Of a DNA stretch of 64,000 nt, positions 1-8,685 are shown one piece after another. A model generated the notes under the pieces. That model ran no database searches, was not told where the DNA came from, and saw only the letters and a program-made list of their open reading frames with translations. Source of the DNA: Candidatus Algichlamydia australiensis (GTDB taxonomy: Bacteria; Chlamydiota; Chlamydiia; Chlamydiales; JAJFMI01); assembly GCA_033977065.1 (NCBI GenBank), contig JAXCHI010000004.1, positions 92,724 to 156,723 of the forward strand, in the 5' to 3' direction. The number at the start of each line of letters is the position of its first letter. The stretch's first letter is position 1. The position numbers were made by a program, and so were the translations under genes.

Positions 1-399
1 TGCTACTTCTTTCATCAAAGCGATTTGCGTAGCAGAGTTCCTTTCTGCCTTCTTTATTTTTTTGGGAGTGAAAATTTTTAAGGGGTTCTTTCCTCTTTCA
101 ACTACAGCTGTGAGTGAGTTAAATAAAAGGTCGACTTTAGGGTTGAGACTATCAATAAGGGCTTCGGCATCCGTAATAGCATCTTCTATTAGAGTAGGGG
201 TTAGGGCAGGTTGGTCGTCTCTTCCATTTACGCGGTTTTCTAAACCTTTTGCTCTGGTATTTATTTCAGCGAAAATTCCCGCATTTTCACCGAGGAGGGG
301 TAATTTTCGAATTCTACTCACAAGTTCATTGAGCCTGGTCATTTGAGCGTTATTTGACACTTGTGTCTTTCTTATGTTTGTTGCTCCTGTTGAAAACAT
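1..399 (-). CDS. hypothetical protein, N-terminal part only (ORF runs off the left edge)
   Basis: I translated the minus strand by hand from the ATG at 399-397. It gives 133 sense codons (MFSTGATNIRKTQVSNNAQMTRLNELVSRIRKL...) with no stop before position 1. A GAGG lies about 10 nt upstream. It is absent from the ORF track, presumably because no stop lies in the window. It competes with the + strand ORF at 62..346. Confidence 0.45.
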   Translation of the reverse strand, partial: MFSTGATNIRKTQVSNNAQMTRLNELVSRIRKLPLLGENAGIFAEINTRAKGLENRVNGRDDQPALTPTLIEDAITDAEALIDSLNPKVDLLFNSLTAVVERGKNPLKIFTPKKIKKAERNSATQIALMKEVA

Positions 400-469
400 A
401 TTATTTACCTCATGTTTAATATATCTTAATAATAAATTTTATTTTATTAATAGTAAATAATATTTTAAG

Positions 470-1696
470 TTACTGGTTTTCAGTCTCTTGACGCGGGTCA
501 AGGTTGGCAGATTGAAGAGAGGTTTGGGGAAGAGGAACGAAATGTTCCTCGGAGGGGACGTTGCGTTTACCCTTGGAGGAGCAGGAGAGGAGGAGTTGGA
601 GGAGGGTGACAGAGCCCATAAAAAGGAAAAAGCCGGTATGGGGTAGCAGTTCCATAAAGAGGGGCACGAGGAGGGGACCGAGGATACAGCCGGTACCAAA
701 CATGATGAGCATGACGCTGACGATGGTGGTGATGGAGGCTTCGGGGATGCGGTCGGCGGTGTAGCTGATCGAGAGGGGGTAGAGGGTAAACATGATGCCG
801 CCGAAGAGTACCATGAGAGAGAGGAAGGTGGGGAAAGTAAAGTGGTGGGCAAAGCAGAGGACGGTGCAGACGGCGATAAGGGAGAGGCAGACAAGGTTCA
901 TGATTTTGCGACGGTCAAAGATATCAGAGAGGGCGCCGATGGGCCATTGGAGGGTCAAGCCACCGAGGATGGTGAGGCCCATGGTAAGAGAGATTTGAAA
1001 GAGGGTGAGGTCGTTCTCTTTGGCATAGACAGGTCCGAGACCATAGAAGGAGCTGATCATCATGCCGGCGATGATGGAACCAATAAATCCGATAGGTGCC
1101 CGCCTGGCTATGGTGCGAAGAGGCACAATTTGAGGGTGGTGCATTTCAGGAGATTCGTGAGGTGAGGTGCAGAGAGGAAGGATGGCAAGAGAGCAGAAGA
1201 TGGCTGATAGGCCGAAGGGCATGAAGCTTGTGAGGTCTGTAAAATTGAGGAGAAATTGTCCGGAGCCTTGGGCAAGGTAGAGGCTAAACATGTAGAGGGA
1301 GAGCGCCCGGCCACGGCTGTTGGAGGAGGAGATAAGAAGGAGCCAGCTCTCGACGATAATAAAGTAGCCAGAAGCGCACATGCCAACAAGAAAACGAAAG
1401 GCGATGTATTTGATCAGGCCCTGCGAGAGGCCCTGCATCATGATAACGGAGGCGTTGATGGAGGAAAAGAGGGCAAAAGAGCGGATATGGCCAATGCGGT
1501 GAATCACTTTTTCCATCATGAGTGAACCGATTAAAATTCCCGTGTAGTAGGAGGAGTGGAGGATGCCGATTAACCAGTCTGGTGTTCCCTCTTTTGCAAT
1601 GTGAAGGCTGAAAAAAGTCGTGAAGAAACTATTGCCAATCATCACAATGGCAAGACTAATAAGAGGCGGAAGTGCGGACTTCGCAATAGATTTCAC
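470..1696 (-). CDS. MFS-type membrane transporter
   Basis: 408 aa and hydrophobic throughout, with about 12 predicted helices. The loop after the second helix is MFS-like (EKVIHRIGHIRS). The antisense ORFs over it are low-complexity shadows. Confidence 0.8.
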   Translation of the reverse strand: MKSIAKSALPPLISLAIVMIGNSFFTTFFSLHIAKEGTPDWLIGILHSSYYTGILIGSLMMEKVIHRIGHIRSFALFSSINASVIMMQGLSQGLIKYIAFRFLVGMCASGYFIIVESWLLLISSSNSRGRALSLYMFSLYLAQGSGQFLLNFTDLTSFMPFGLSAIFCSLAILPLCTSPHESPEMHHPQIVPLRTIARRAPIGFIGSIIAGMMISSFYGLGPVYAKENDLTLFQISLTMGLTILGGLTLQWPIGALSDIFDRRKIMNLVCLSLIAVCTVLCFAHHFTFPTFLSLMVLFGGIMFTLYPLSISYTADRIPEASITTIVSVMLIMFGTGCILGPLLVPLFMELLPHTGFFLFMGSVTLLQLLLSCSSKGKRNVPSEEHFVPLPQTSLQSANLDPRQETENQ

Positions 1697-1751
1697 AATT
1701 AACTATATATTCTTTTATTAATATCTAATTATACGAGTAATTAAAATGATA

Positions 1752-4328
1752 TTATTTTGCACGTAAAATAATAGAATTATTTTCTAAAACAAGCTCTATA
1801 GTTTCACCTGCTTTAGTCGTCTCATCAAGAATAGCAGATGCGAGAGTGTTGGTCACCTCTTTTTGAATGAGGCGTTTTAGAGGACGTGCACCAAATATGG
1901 GGTCGTATCCAGTTTTAGCGAGATAGGTAACGACATGTGGGTCCCAGGTAAGGCTAATATTGCGCTCGAGCGCACGTTCTTGTACTTTTTTTAATTGAAT
2001 GAGGACAATCCTCTCCATCTCACGCTCTTGTAGAGGGAGAAAGGGGAGAATTTCATCTAGGCGGTTGATGAACTCAGGACGAAAGTGGCTCTTGACTGTG
2101 GGTTCGACAACTTCTAAAACTTCTTCTTTTGCCCACTCATTAGGGTGCGAGCTGAGTTTTTCCAGCAGTTGTTCAGAGCCGAGGTTTGAGGTCATGATGA
2201 AGAGCGCATTTTTTGCATTGACTGTGCGGCCCTTGCTATCGGTAATGCGTCCATCATCAAAGAGCTGAAGCAAAATATTGAATATGTCCGGGTGCGCCTT
2301 TTCAACTTCATCTAAAAGGACAACTGAATAGGGGCGGCGGCGCAAGCTTTCAGTAAGTTGACCTCCCTCATCGTAGCCTACATATCCGGGAGGAGAACCA
2401 ATTAGTTTTGCAACAGTGTGGCGCTCCATATATTCGGACATATCGAGACGTACCATCGCCTCTTCTTGCGAAAAGAGCTGGCTTGCTAGCGCTTTGGCAA
2501 GTTCGGTTTTCCCAACGCCTGTGGGCCCTACAAAGAGAAAGACGCCCAAGGGACGTGTGGGATCGCTTAAGCCTGCGCGCGAGCGACGGATCGCTTCACT
2601 CACAGCTTGTATAGCAAAGGGCTGTCCGATCACGCGATCAGAGAGGCGCTCTTCTAAGTGAAGGAGCTTTTCCTTCTCTGTTTCGACCATGTTTTGCACA
2701 GGAATACCGGTCCATTTGGCCACAATTTGTGCAATGAGGGGTTCATCCACTTCTTCTTGCAAAAGGCGATCGGGTAGAGAAGAGAGGCGCCCTTGTGCCT
2801 CTTCAATAGCGCGCTCCATTTGAGGAATACGTGAATAGCGCAGCTCTGCAACGCGATTATAATCGAGGCTACGATTAGCTTCCTCTTCTTGGTGGCGCAG
2901 CTGTTCCAGAGAGTTTTTCTTCTCTTTTACGTCAGAAATGAGTCTCTTCTCCTGATTCCAGCGCTCTTTTAGCACGTCGAGCTCTTCTTTAAGGTGGGCA
3001 ATCTCTTTAGCACTCTTCTCATCTTCGCGGCCCTCTTTTTTCAGCCGCTCCTGCTTTACAATCAAGCTTGCAAGTTCACGCTCTTTAATATCGATCGGCA
3101 GAGGTCGTGAACCAATCTGTATGCGAATTAAGCTAGCTGCTTCATCTATCAAGTCGATCGCTTTATCAGGAAGTCGGCGATCACTGATATAGCGATGGGA
3201 GAGAAGCACAGCGCTATATAGGGCATCTTCAGTGATTTGGACGCCATGATAGATCTCATAGCGCTCTTTCAGTCCACGCAAAATCGCGACGGCATCTTCT
3301 AAACTTGGTTCGGCTACTGTGACCGGCTGAAAACGGCGCTCGAGCGCGGCATCGCGCTCAATGTATTTTTGGTACTCGCTGAGTGTTGTGGCACCAACAC
3401 AGTGAAGTGAACCGCGCGATAGAGCAGGCTTAAGCAGGTTCGCAGCATCCATTGCACCTTCTGTTGCACCTGCACCAACCAGCGTATGAATCTCATCAAT
3501 AAAAAGAAGGATCTGCCCCTCTGCGCGCTCAATTTCTTGTAAAATGGATTTAAGACGCTCTTCAAATTCCCCACGAAATTTTGTTCCCGCAATTAAGGCG
3601 CCCATATCAAGCGCAACAAGCTGTTTATTTTTGAGAGCATCAGGGATGTCGCCGCTGACAATGCGCAGAGCCAAGCCCTCAGCAATTGCAGTCTTTCCAA
3701 CTCCAGGATCACCGATTAGGAGGGGGTTGTTTTTTGTGCGACGAGATAAGACTTGCATCGTGCGACGAATCTCTTCATGGCGTCCAATAACAGGGTCGAG
3801 CTTTCCCGATTTAGCAAGTTCGGTAAGATCGCGGCAGTATTTCTTGAGAGCTTGCATGTTCCCCTCAGCGGAAGGGGAGCCAACGGCTTTGCCACCACGC
3901 ATTTCTTTAACTTTCTCTTCAATTTGCGAAAGAGGGGCACCAGATTTTTTCACCAGACTGGCAAAAGGTTCACCGCCCTGCTGCCAAAAGAGATAGAAGA
4001 GATGGTCAGAGCTAATATAGCGATCGCCCCACTTTTGGCAGAGTGCTTGCGCAGCACTGATCATCTTTTGTAATTTTGGGTTAATGTTGGGCTGGTCAGG
4101 AGTTCCACTAAAGGTTGGAAGCTTGCTTAAACTCTTATCAACTTGCTTTAAGAGTCCCGTGCTATCGAGCTGCAAACTCGAGAAAAGAGTCGTGAAATAT
4201 CCACTGGGATCTTGCAGTAGCGCGTGTAAAAGATGATTTTCTGTTACCTCAACGTGAGAGCGTGCGTGCGCTTCTGAAAATGCTGCCTCTAGGGCGGCTT
4301 GAGTAGCTTCTGTAAACTCTGGTTGCAT
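1752..4328 (-). CDS. clpB: ATP-dependent chaperone ClpB (class I AAA+ disaggregase)
   Basis: 858 aa with a Clp N domain and two Walker A sites (GDPGVGKTAIAEG and GPTGVGKTELAKAL). A long coiled-coil middle domain lies between the two AAA modules (KERELASLIVKQERLKKE...EELDVLKERWNQEK). Confidence 0.93.
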   Translation of the reverse strand: MQPEFTEATQAALEAAFSEAHARSHVEVTENHLLHALLQDPSGYFTTLFSSLQLDSTGLLKQVDKSLSKLPTFSGTPDQPNINPKLQKMISAAQALCQKWGDRYISSDHLFYLFWQQGGEPFASLVKKSGAPLSQIEEKVKEMRGGKAVGSPSAEGNMQALKKYCRDLTELAKSGKLDPVIGRHEEIRRTMQVLSRRTKNNPLLIGDPGVGKTAIAEGLALRIVSGDIPDALKNKQLVALDMGALIAGTKFRGEFEERLKSILQEIERAEGQILLFIDEIHTLVGAGATEGAMDAANLLKPALSRGSLHCVGATTLSEYQKYIERDAALERRFQPVTVAEPSLEDAVAILRGLKERYEIYHGVQITEDALYSAVLLSHRYISDRRLPDKAIDLIDEAASLIRIQIGSRPLPIDIKERELASLIVKQERLKKEGREDEKSAKEIAHLKEELDVLKERWNQEKRLISDVKEKKNSLEQLRHQEEEANRSLDYNRVAELRYSRIPQMERAIEEAQGRLSSLPDRLLQEEVDEPLIAQIVAKWTGIPVQNMVETEKEKLLHLEERLSDRVIGQPFAIQAVSEAIRRSRAGLSDPTRPLGVFLFVGPTGVGKTELAKALASQLFSQEEAMVRLDMSEYMERHTVAKLIGSPPGYVGYDEGGQLTESLRRRPYSVVLLDEVEKAHPDIFNILLQLFDDGRITDSKGRTVNAKNALFIMTSNLGSEQLLEKLSSHPNEWAKEEVLEVVEPTVKSHFRPEFINRLDEILPFLPLQEREMERIVLIQLKKVQERALERNISLTWDPHVVTYLAKTGYDPIFGARPLKRLIQKEVTNTLASAILDETTKAGETIELVLENNSIILRAK

Positions 4329-4364
4329 GCATCCATTTTAAAAAATGCATCGCAATTTAGCAAG

Positions 4365-4769
4365 CTATTTTACTTCATCAATTGAAGCTAAACGTCTTGC
4401 ACTGACTGAGGAATACGTTGCGCGATTTGTAAGAAGGCAGGGGTAGTCAGGATGTGAACTTTTGGAGATGTCGATCGTTGCAGGAGTAAGCCAAGCACTT
4501 GTGATTCCAATATCTGCAGGGTTGATTTTCCAAACAGAATCGTCAGAGAGTTGTAAATATTTTCCGTCTCTCATATTCAAGCTGATGTTGAGCGTTTCTC
4601 CTTCTCGCAGCTTTGGGTTTGTGCAATTTTGCTCTACCATAGGCTCTTCCTTTTTAGGTTGAGGTTTTGGTGCAGCTTTTACGGGGGCGGGTTTACTTGT
4701 GCAGGCAACAAAGAGACCTGCGGATAGAATTAAAAATTTTGCTCGTGACATAATAAATTTATTTATCAA
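4365..4769 (-). CDS. small lipoprotein, unknown function
   Basis: Signal peptide with a lipobox (LSAGLFVAC) followed by a Pro/Lys-rich linker. The start may be the internal Met (MSRAKF...). Confidence 0.6.
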   Translation of the reverse strand: MINKFIMSRAKFLILSAGLFVACTSKPAPVKAAPKPQPKKEEPMVEQNCTNPKLREGETLNISLNMRDGKYLQLSDDSVWKINPADIGITSAWLTPATIDISKSSHPDYPCLLTNRATYSSVSARRLASIDEVK

Positions 4770-4787
4770 ATATAGGAAATTGAAACA

Positions 4788-5711
4788 ATGACAATTTTAT
4801 TTGCTATACTTGCGATCGTTTTGGGGACTCTTCTTCTGCACTTTGGAGGAGAAAAACTCCTGCACTCTTCCATTGCTGTAGCGCGTGGTCTTGGTCTTTC
4901 CAATCTTGTTATTGGAATTTTTGTTGTTGCCGTCGCCACCTCTATGCCAGAAGTGCTCACAAGTGTCATCGCACAATTTAAGGGGATGCCAGGCGATATT
5001 GCAATGGGAAACGTACTCGGGTCAAATATTGCGAATATTGCTGTTGTGCTTGGGGTCTCTCTTCTAATCTCACCATGTAAACTTACAAAAGAGATCCGCT
5101 TTCGTGAAATGGCATTTATGACAGGTGCGCTTTTTCTTATTCTAGCCATTATGTGGATTGGGCCGATAACCTTTCGTCGCTCACTTCTTCTCTTTGCTGC
5201 TCTTATTGGTTACCTCGCCTTTCACGTAATTAAGGCAAAAAAAGAGCGCAAACCGCGCTGCCGGAAAACGCAATATCTTAAAGAGAGTCTTCTCATCCTC
5301 ATCGCCACAGTGCTCCTCTTTCTTGGTGCGCGTTTTCTGCTCTATGGTGCTGTAGAAATTGCTACCTGGTTTGGGATCTCTGCACGTGTGATCTCCCTTA
5401 CCCTGATTGCTATCGGCACTTCTCTACCGGAGCTGGCCACAGCAATTGCTGCCGCAAGGCGGAATGAAGAAGAAGTCGTTCTTGGCAACGTTATAGGAAG
5501 TAATATCTTTAATCCTTTGCTGATCCTGCCAGCGGCAGCCCTCGTCCACCCCATTGTATTTTCAAAAGAAATGTTTGTGCAAGACGCGCCCCTTGTCCTT
5601 GTCTTTACCTTGCTCCTCTGGGGAATGCTCGCTCTCTCAAAAAAGCTGACCCGTTACCACGGGATGGCCTTGCTTTTGGCCTATTTTCTCTATATTCTAT
5701 ACCTATATTGA
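4788..5711 (+). CDS. Ca2+/cation antiporter family protein (YrbG/CaCA type)
   Basis: 307 aa with two alpha-repeat signatures (GNVLGSNIANIAVVLG and GNVIGSNIFNPLLIL) in an internally duplicated 5+5 transmembrane layout. Confidence 0.85.
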   Translation: MTILFAILAIVLGTLLLHFGGEKLLHSSIAVARGLGLSNLVIGIFVVAVATSMPEVLTSVIAQFKGMPGDIAMGNVLGSNIANIAVVLGVSLLISPCKLTKEIRFREMAFMTGALFLILAIMWIGPITFRRSLLLFAALIGYLAFHVIKAKKERKPRCRKTQYLKESLLILIATVLLFLGARFLLYGAVEIATWFGISARVISLTLIAIGTSLPELATAIAAARRNEEEVVLGNVIGSNIFNPLLILPAAALVHPIVFSKEMFVQDAPLVLVFTLLLWGMLALSKKLTRYHGMALLLAYFLYILYLY

Positions 5712-6919
5712 CTAGTAAACATTTAGGTTATAGCGGGAAATTGACCCGCACCGCACTTCTCTGGATGAAGCTCACTAGTGAACCCTTGGTAGCGCTCTAT
5801 ACCCTCTTGCCCTTTATCTTAAGAAAAGATTTACATGCATCGGCTATCCAAATTTCTCTATTCACCTCCCTAAAACCAGTCCTTGCGGTCCTTGCCTACT
5901 ATTTAAGCGCGTATCATGCAAAAAATGGAAAGAGTGTCTATCAAAATTTAATGCATACTTGGGTGCTTGCTTACTTGCCCTTTTTACTTTTCCCTTGGTT
6001 GGGAAATTACGCCTACCTCCTTCTTGCTGCCAGCTGCTACCAACTCTTCAGTAAAGCGGTCACCCCACCATTAATGGAAATTTTGAAACAAAACATTCCA
6101 AAAACTGCCCGTGAGAGCATTTTTTCTAAAAGTTTTATGTTTTGTTTTGTGGAAAGCGCGTTGTTGGGGCTCTTCATTGGAAAGATTCTCGATTGGAATG
6201 GGGGCTCTTGGCAAGTTCTCTTTTCTATTTCATCTCTCATTGCACTCAGCAGTTATCATATCCAAAGAAAAATCCCCAAAACAAGCGCGTCCTTATCCAT
6301 CAAGTTCAAGCATAAAAACCCTCTCCTTGACCCCCTTAAAGAGAGTTTAGTATTGATGAAGCAGGATCGCGACTTCAAGCACTTTCAAATGGGGTTTATG
6401 ATTGGAGGAAGTGCTTTGATGTTTATTACACCAGCACTTCCGATCTACTACGCGGATGTTCTTCTTCTCTCACATGGAGAAGTATCGCAAGCGCGTTTTA
6501 TCCTAATGGCCTTTGGAGTCTTGATCTCTTCTACAATTTGGAAAAACTTTTTGCACAATAGCTCTATCAATAAATTGATGCCCTGGATCACCATCGGTTT
6601 TGGTCTCTACCCGCTCTGCGTGCTTTTTTCCAACGTAAATGTGGCCTTTTTTATCTACGGCATTGCGCAAGCGGGCAGTCATCTTATCTGGCATCTTTCG
6701 GGAACGATCTTCTCTAAAGATGGCGATAGCACACCTTACACAGCTGTAAATATTCTTTCACAAGGTTTGCGCGGTTTGATAGTTCCCTTCCTTGGCGGTG
6801 TTGCCTGCACCTTTTTTGGTCCTGTTCCTGTCATGATTGTGGGATCGCTCACAAGCTTTATTGGTGCCTATGTGATGTACCGGAGCGCTTATCTATCTAA
6901 TCCTGAACAGGTATATTAA
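5708..6919 (+). CDS. polytopic membrane protein, MFS-like transporter candidate
   Basis: 403 aa and multi-spanning. A 4-nt overlap with the upstream antiporter gene suggests co-transcription. No diagnostic motif recognised. Confidence 0.55.
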   Translation: MTSKHLGYSGKLTRTALLWMKLTSEPLVALYTLLPFILRKDLHASAIQISLFTSLKPVLAVLAYYLSAYHAKNGKSVYQNLMHTWVLAYLPFLLFPWLGNYAYLLLAASCYQLFSKAVTPPLMEILKQNIPKTARESIFSKSFMFCFVESALLGLFIGKILDWNGGSWQVLFSISSLIALSSYHIQRKIPKTSASLSIKFKHKNPLLDPLKESLVLMKQDRDFKHFQMGFMIGGSALMFITPALPIYYADVLLLSHGEVSQARFILMAFGVLISSTIWKNFLHNSSINKLMPWITIGFGLYPLCVLFSNVNVAFFIYGIAQAGSHLIWHLSGTIFSKDGDSTPYTAVNILSQGLRGLIVPFLGGVACTFFGPVPVMIVGSLTSFIGAYVMYRSAYLSNPEQVY

Positions 6920-6996
6920 AATCACCAAAAACATTGAAACTGAACGTTTTTAGAACTCTTAGTGTACTTGTTTTTGCTTATGGGGTATATTGAATT

Positions 6997-7029
6997 TGTA
7001 ATTTATATCAAAATATGATATAAATTACA
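6997..7029. promoter_or_regulatory. perfect 14-bp inverted repeat (TGTAATTTATATCA-5 nt-TGATATAAATTACA), candidate AbiEi operator
   Basis: Read directly from the sequence. It ends 2 nt before the abiEi ATG. AbiEi antitoxins are known autorepressors that bind inverted repeats in their own promoter. Confidence 0.5.
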
Positions 7030-7031
7030 GT

Positions 7032-7847
7032 ATGAATGTACCCAACAGAAGCCTATTAGGAATAGGAAAGCAATCTCGTAGATATCTGCAAAGAGTACTT
7101 GCTGTAAATGAAGGGGTTATTACTCCCAAAAGAGTCGCAGAAATATTAAATATTAAGATTTCGCGTGCAAACGTACTCCTTTCTTACTGGACATCTCGTG
7201 GGTGGCTACAGAGAATCCGTCAAGGCGCATATGTAGAGGTTTCACTGAGAGGAGCCTCAACAGATCGAGCGTTGGAAGATCCTTGGGTTATTGCAGAGCA
7301 ACTTTTTTCACCTTGTTTTATCACAGGCTTAACAGCTGCTCAATATTGGGATTTTACGGAACAAATTGTTGAAGTTGTAACGGTTTTTACTGAAATACCC
7401 ATACGTCACAGAAAACAAGAAATAGGGAAAGTGCGTTTTGTTTTTAAGCAAACTTCTCAAGAGAAAAGATTTGGATTAAAAAAGATTTGGCGTGATAATA
7501 TTCCGGTATATTTTGCAGATCCATCTCGAACATTAGTAGATCTGTTAGCAGATCCAGCACTTGGAGGAGGAATTGTGAGTGTAGAGGAAATTCTATTAGA
7601 ATATTGGAGGAGCGATCATTTGAACCGTGATCTTCTCCTAAATTATGTAAAAAAATACAACAATAAAACAATATTCAAGCGCCTTGGTTTTTTACTTGAA
7701 AAAAATCAATTTGAAGAAGAAAATTTTTTGAAGACATGTCGTGAAAACATAAGCAAGGGATATTCTCAGCTCGATCCGTCGATAAAAGGAAGCCGACTAT
7801 CAAAAAGGTGGGGCCTGTGGTACCCGGAAAAATATAATATAAAATGA
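7032..7847 (+). CDS. type IV toxin-antitoxin system AbiEi-family antitoxin / transcriptional regulator
   Basis: 271 aa. The N-terminal winged-helix-like segment (GVITPKRVAEILNISRANVLLSYWTSRGWLQRIRQGAY) is typical of AbiEi. It sits immediately upstream (1-nt gap) of an AbiEii-type nucleotidyltransferase gene. Confidence 0.7.
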   Translation: MNVPNRSLLGIGKQSRRYLQRVLAVNEGVITPKRVAEILNIKISRANVLLSYWTSRGWLQRIRQGAYVEVSLRGASTDRALEDPWVIAEQLFSPCFITGLTAAQYWDFTEQIVEVVTVFTEIPIRHRKQEIGKVRFVFKQTSQEKRFGLKKIWRDNIPVYFADPSRTLVDLLADPALGGGIVSVEEILLEYWRSDHLNRDLLLNYVKKYNNKTIFKRLGFLLEKNQFEEENFLKTCRENISKGYSQLDPSIKGSRLSKRWGLWYPEKYNIK

Positions 7848-7848
7848 A

Positions 7849-8685
7849 ATGATTTTAAAAGAAGAGATTTTGGTGCAGGCTGATGAGCACAATCTTTTTC
7901 CTACTACCATTGAAAAAGATTATGTCCTCAGTTGGGTATTATGGGGTATTTTTCTACATCCGTTGCTTTCTTCAAAACTTGTTTTCAAGGGCGGAACTTG
8001 TTTAAAAAAATGTTTTTTTGGCTCATATAGATTTTCGGAAGATCTTGACTTTACTCTTACAAAGCCCACAACACTGATCGAGTTAGAAAAAAGCTTTCAA
8101 GAGGTTTGTGAATGGGTTCAAGAGAACTCACGGATTATGTTTTTTCAGAAAAAGCAAAAATTTGAGGAATACAAAACACCTCGTGGTAACTTAGCATTTC
8201 AGGGGAGACTGCGTTATCAAGGGCCATTAAAACATAAAACAAGTTTCCCTAAAATCAAACTTGATATTACTGCTCATGAAATTCTTGTTGAGAAACCTTC
8301 TTTGTGTAAAGTCCTTCATCATTATTCCGATAGCTGCAAAGAAGAGGTGCAAATTGCTACCTATTCATTTGAAGAAGTTTTTGCGGAAAAAATCCGAGCG
8401 CTCATTCAAAGGTCGCGCCCACGCGATCTCTATGATGTTATCCACTTAAATAATCAACAAATACATGCTTATAATAAAGCTTTGGTGCGTGATATTTTGC
8501 TGAAAAAATGTAATTTTGCAAAAGTTCCTTACCCAGAAATAGAAAAGCTACTAAACAGACAAAATAAAGAATTTGTGGCGACGGGCTGGAGCAACATGTT
8601 AGCGCATCAGATTTCTGGACTTGAGCCTGTGGAGCATTATTGGAAGCAGCTTCCTGAGGTATTTTCTTGGATCCAGCAGGTTTAA
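7849..8685 (+). CDS. AbiEii/AbiGii-family nucleotidyltransferase toxin (DUF1814)
   Basis: 278 aa with the family signature KDYVLSWVLWGI...LVFKGGTCLKKCF...YRFSEDLDFT and the later FAEKIRALIQRSRPRDLYD motif. Confidence 0.85.
   Translation: MILKEEILVQADEHNLFPTTIEKDYVLSWVLWGIFLHPLLSSKLVFKGGTCLKKCFFGSYRFSEDLDFTLTKPTTLIELEKSFQEVCEWVQENSRIMFFQKKQKFEEYKTPRGNLAFQGRLRYQGPLKHKTSFPKIKLDITAHEILVEKPSLCKVLHHYSDSCKEEVQIATYSFEEVFAEKIRALIQRSRPRDLYDVIHLNNQQIHAYNKALVRDILLKKCNFAKVPYPEIEKLLNRQNKEFVATGWSNMLAHQISGLEPVEHYWKQLPEVFSWIQQV

Noticed and set aside
62-346. The 94-aa plus-strand ORF from the track.
   Set aside because: The protein is low-complexity and Ser/Leu/Arg-rich. The opposite strand is open across the entire 1-399 interval with a plausible start and RBS. 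The plus ORF is most likely a shadow.
439-1525. Several ORFs overlapping the MFS transporter gene on both strands (439..894, 561..764, 792..998, 842..1165, 1108..1389, 1256..1525).
   Set aside because: They are antisense or off-frame shadows of a GC-rich membrane-protein gene, with low-complexity Ser/Pro/Gly/Arg-rich translations. The same reasoning applies to the shadows over clpB, sctV, infB, nusA and rpsA (e.g. 3544..3996, 41599..42054, 52446..52808, 53845..54276, 55484..55882, 56415..56840).
1752-4328. Calling the 858-aa Hsp100 protein ClpV (TssH).
   Set aside because: It has a full-length ClpB-type middle coiled-coil domain and backbone-like base composition. It lies outside the AT-rich island, separated from it by four unrelated genes. 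It is most parsimoniously housekeeping ClpB, though it might still service the sheath.
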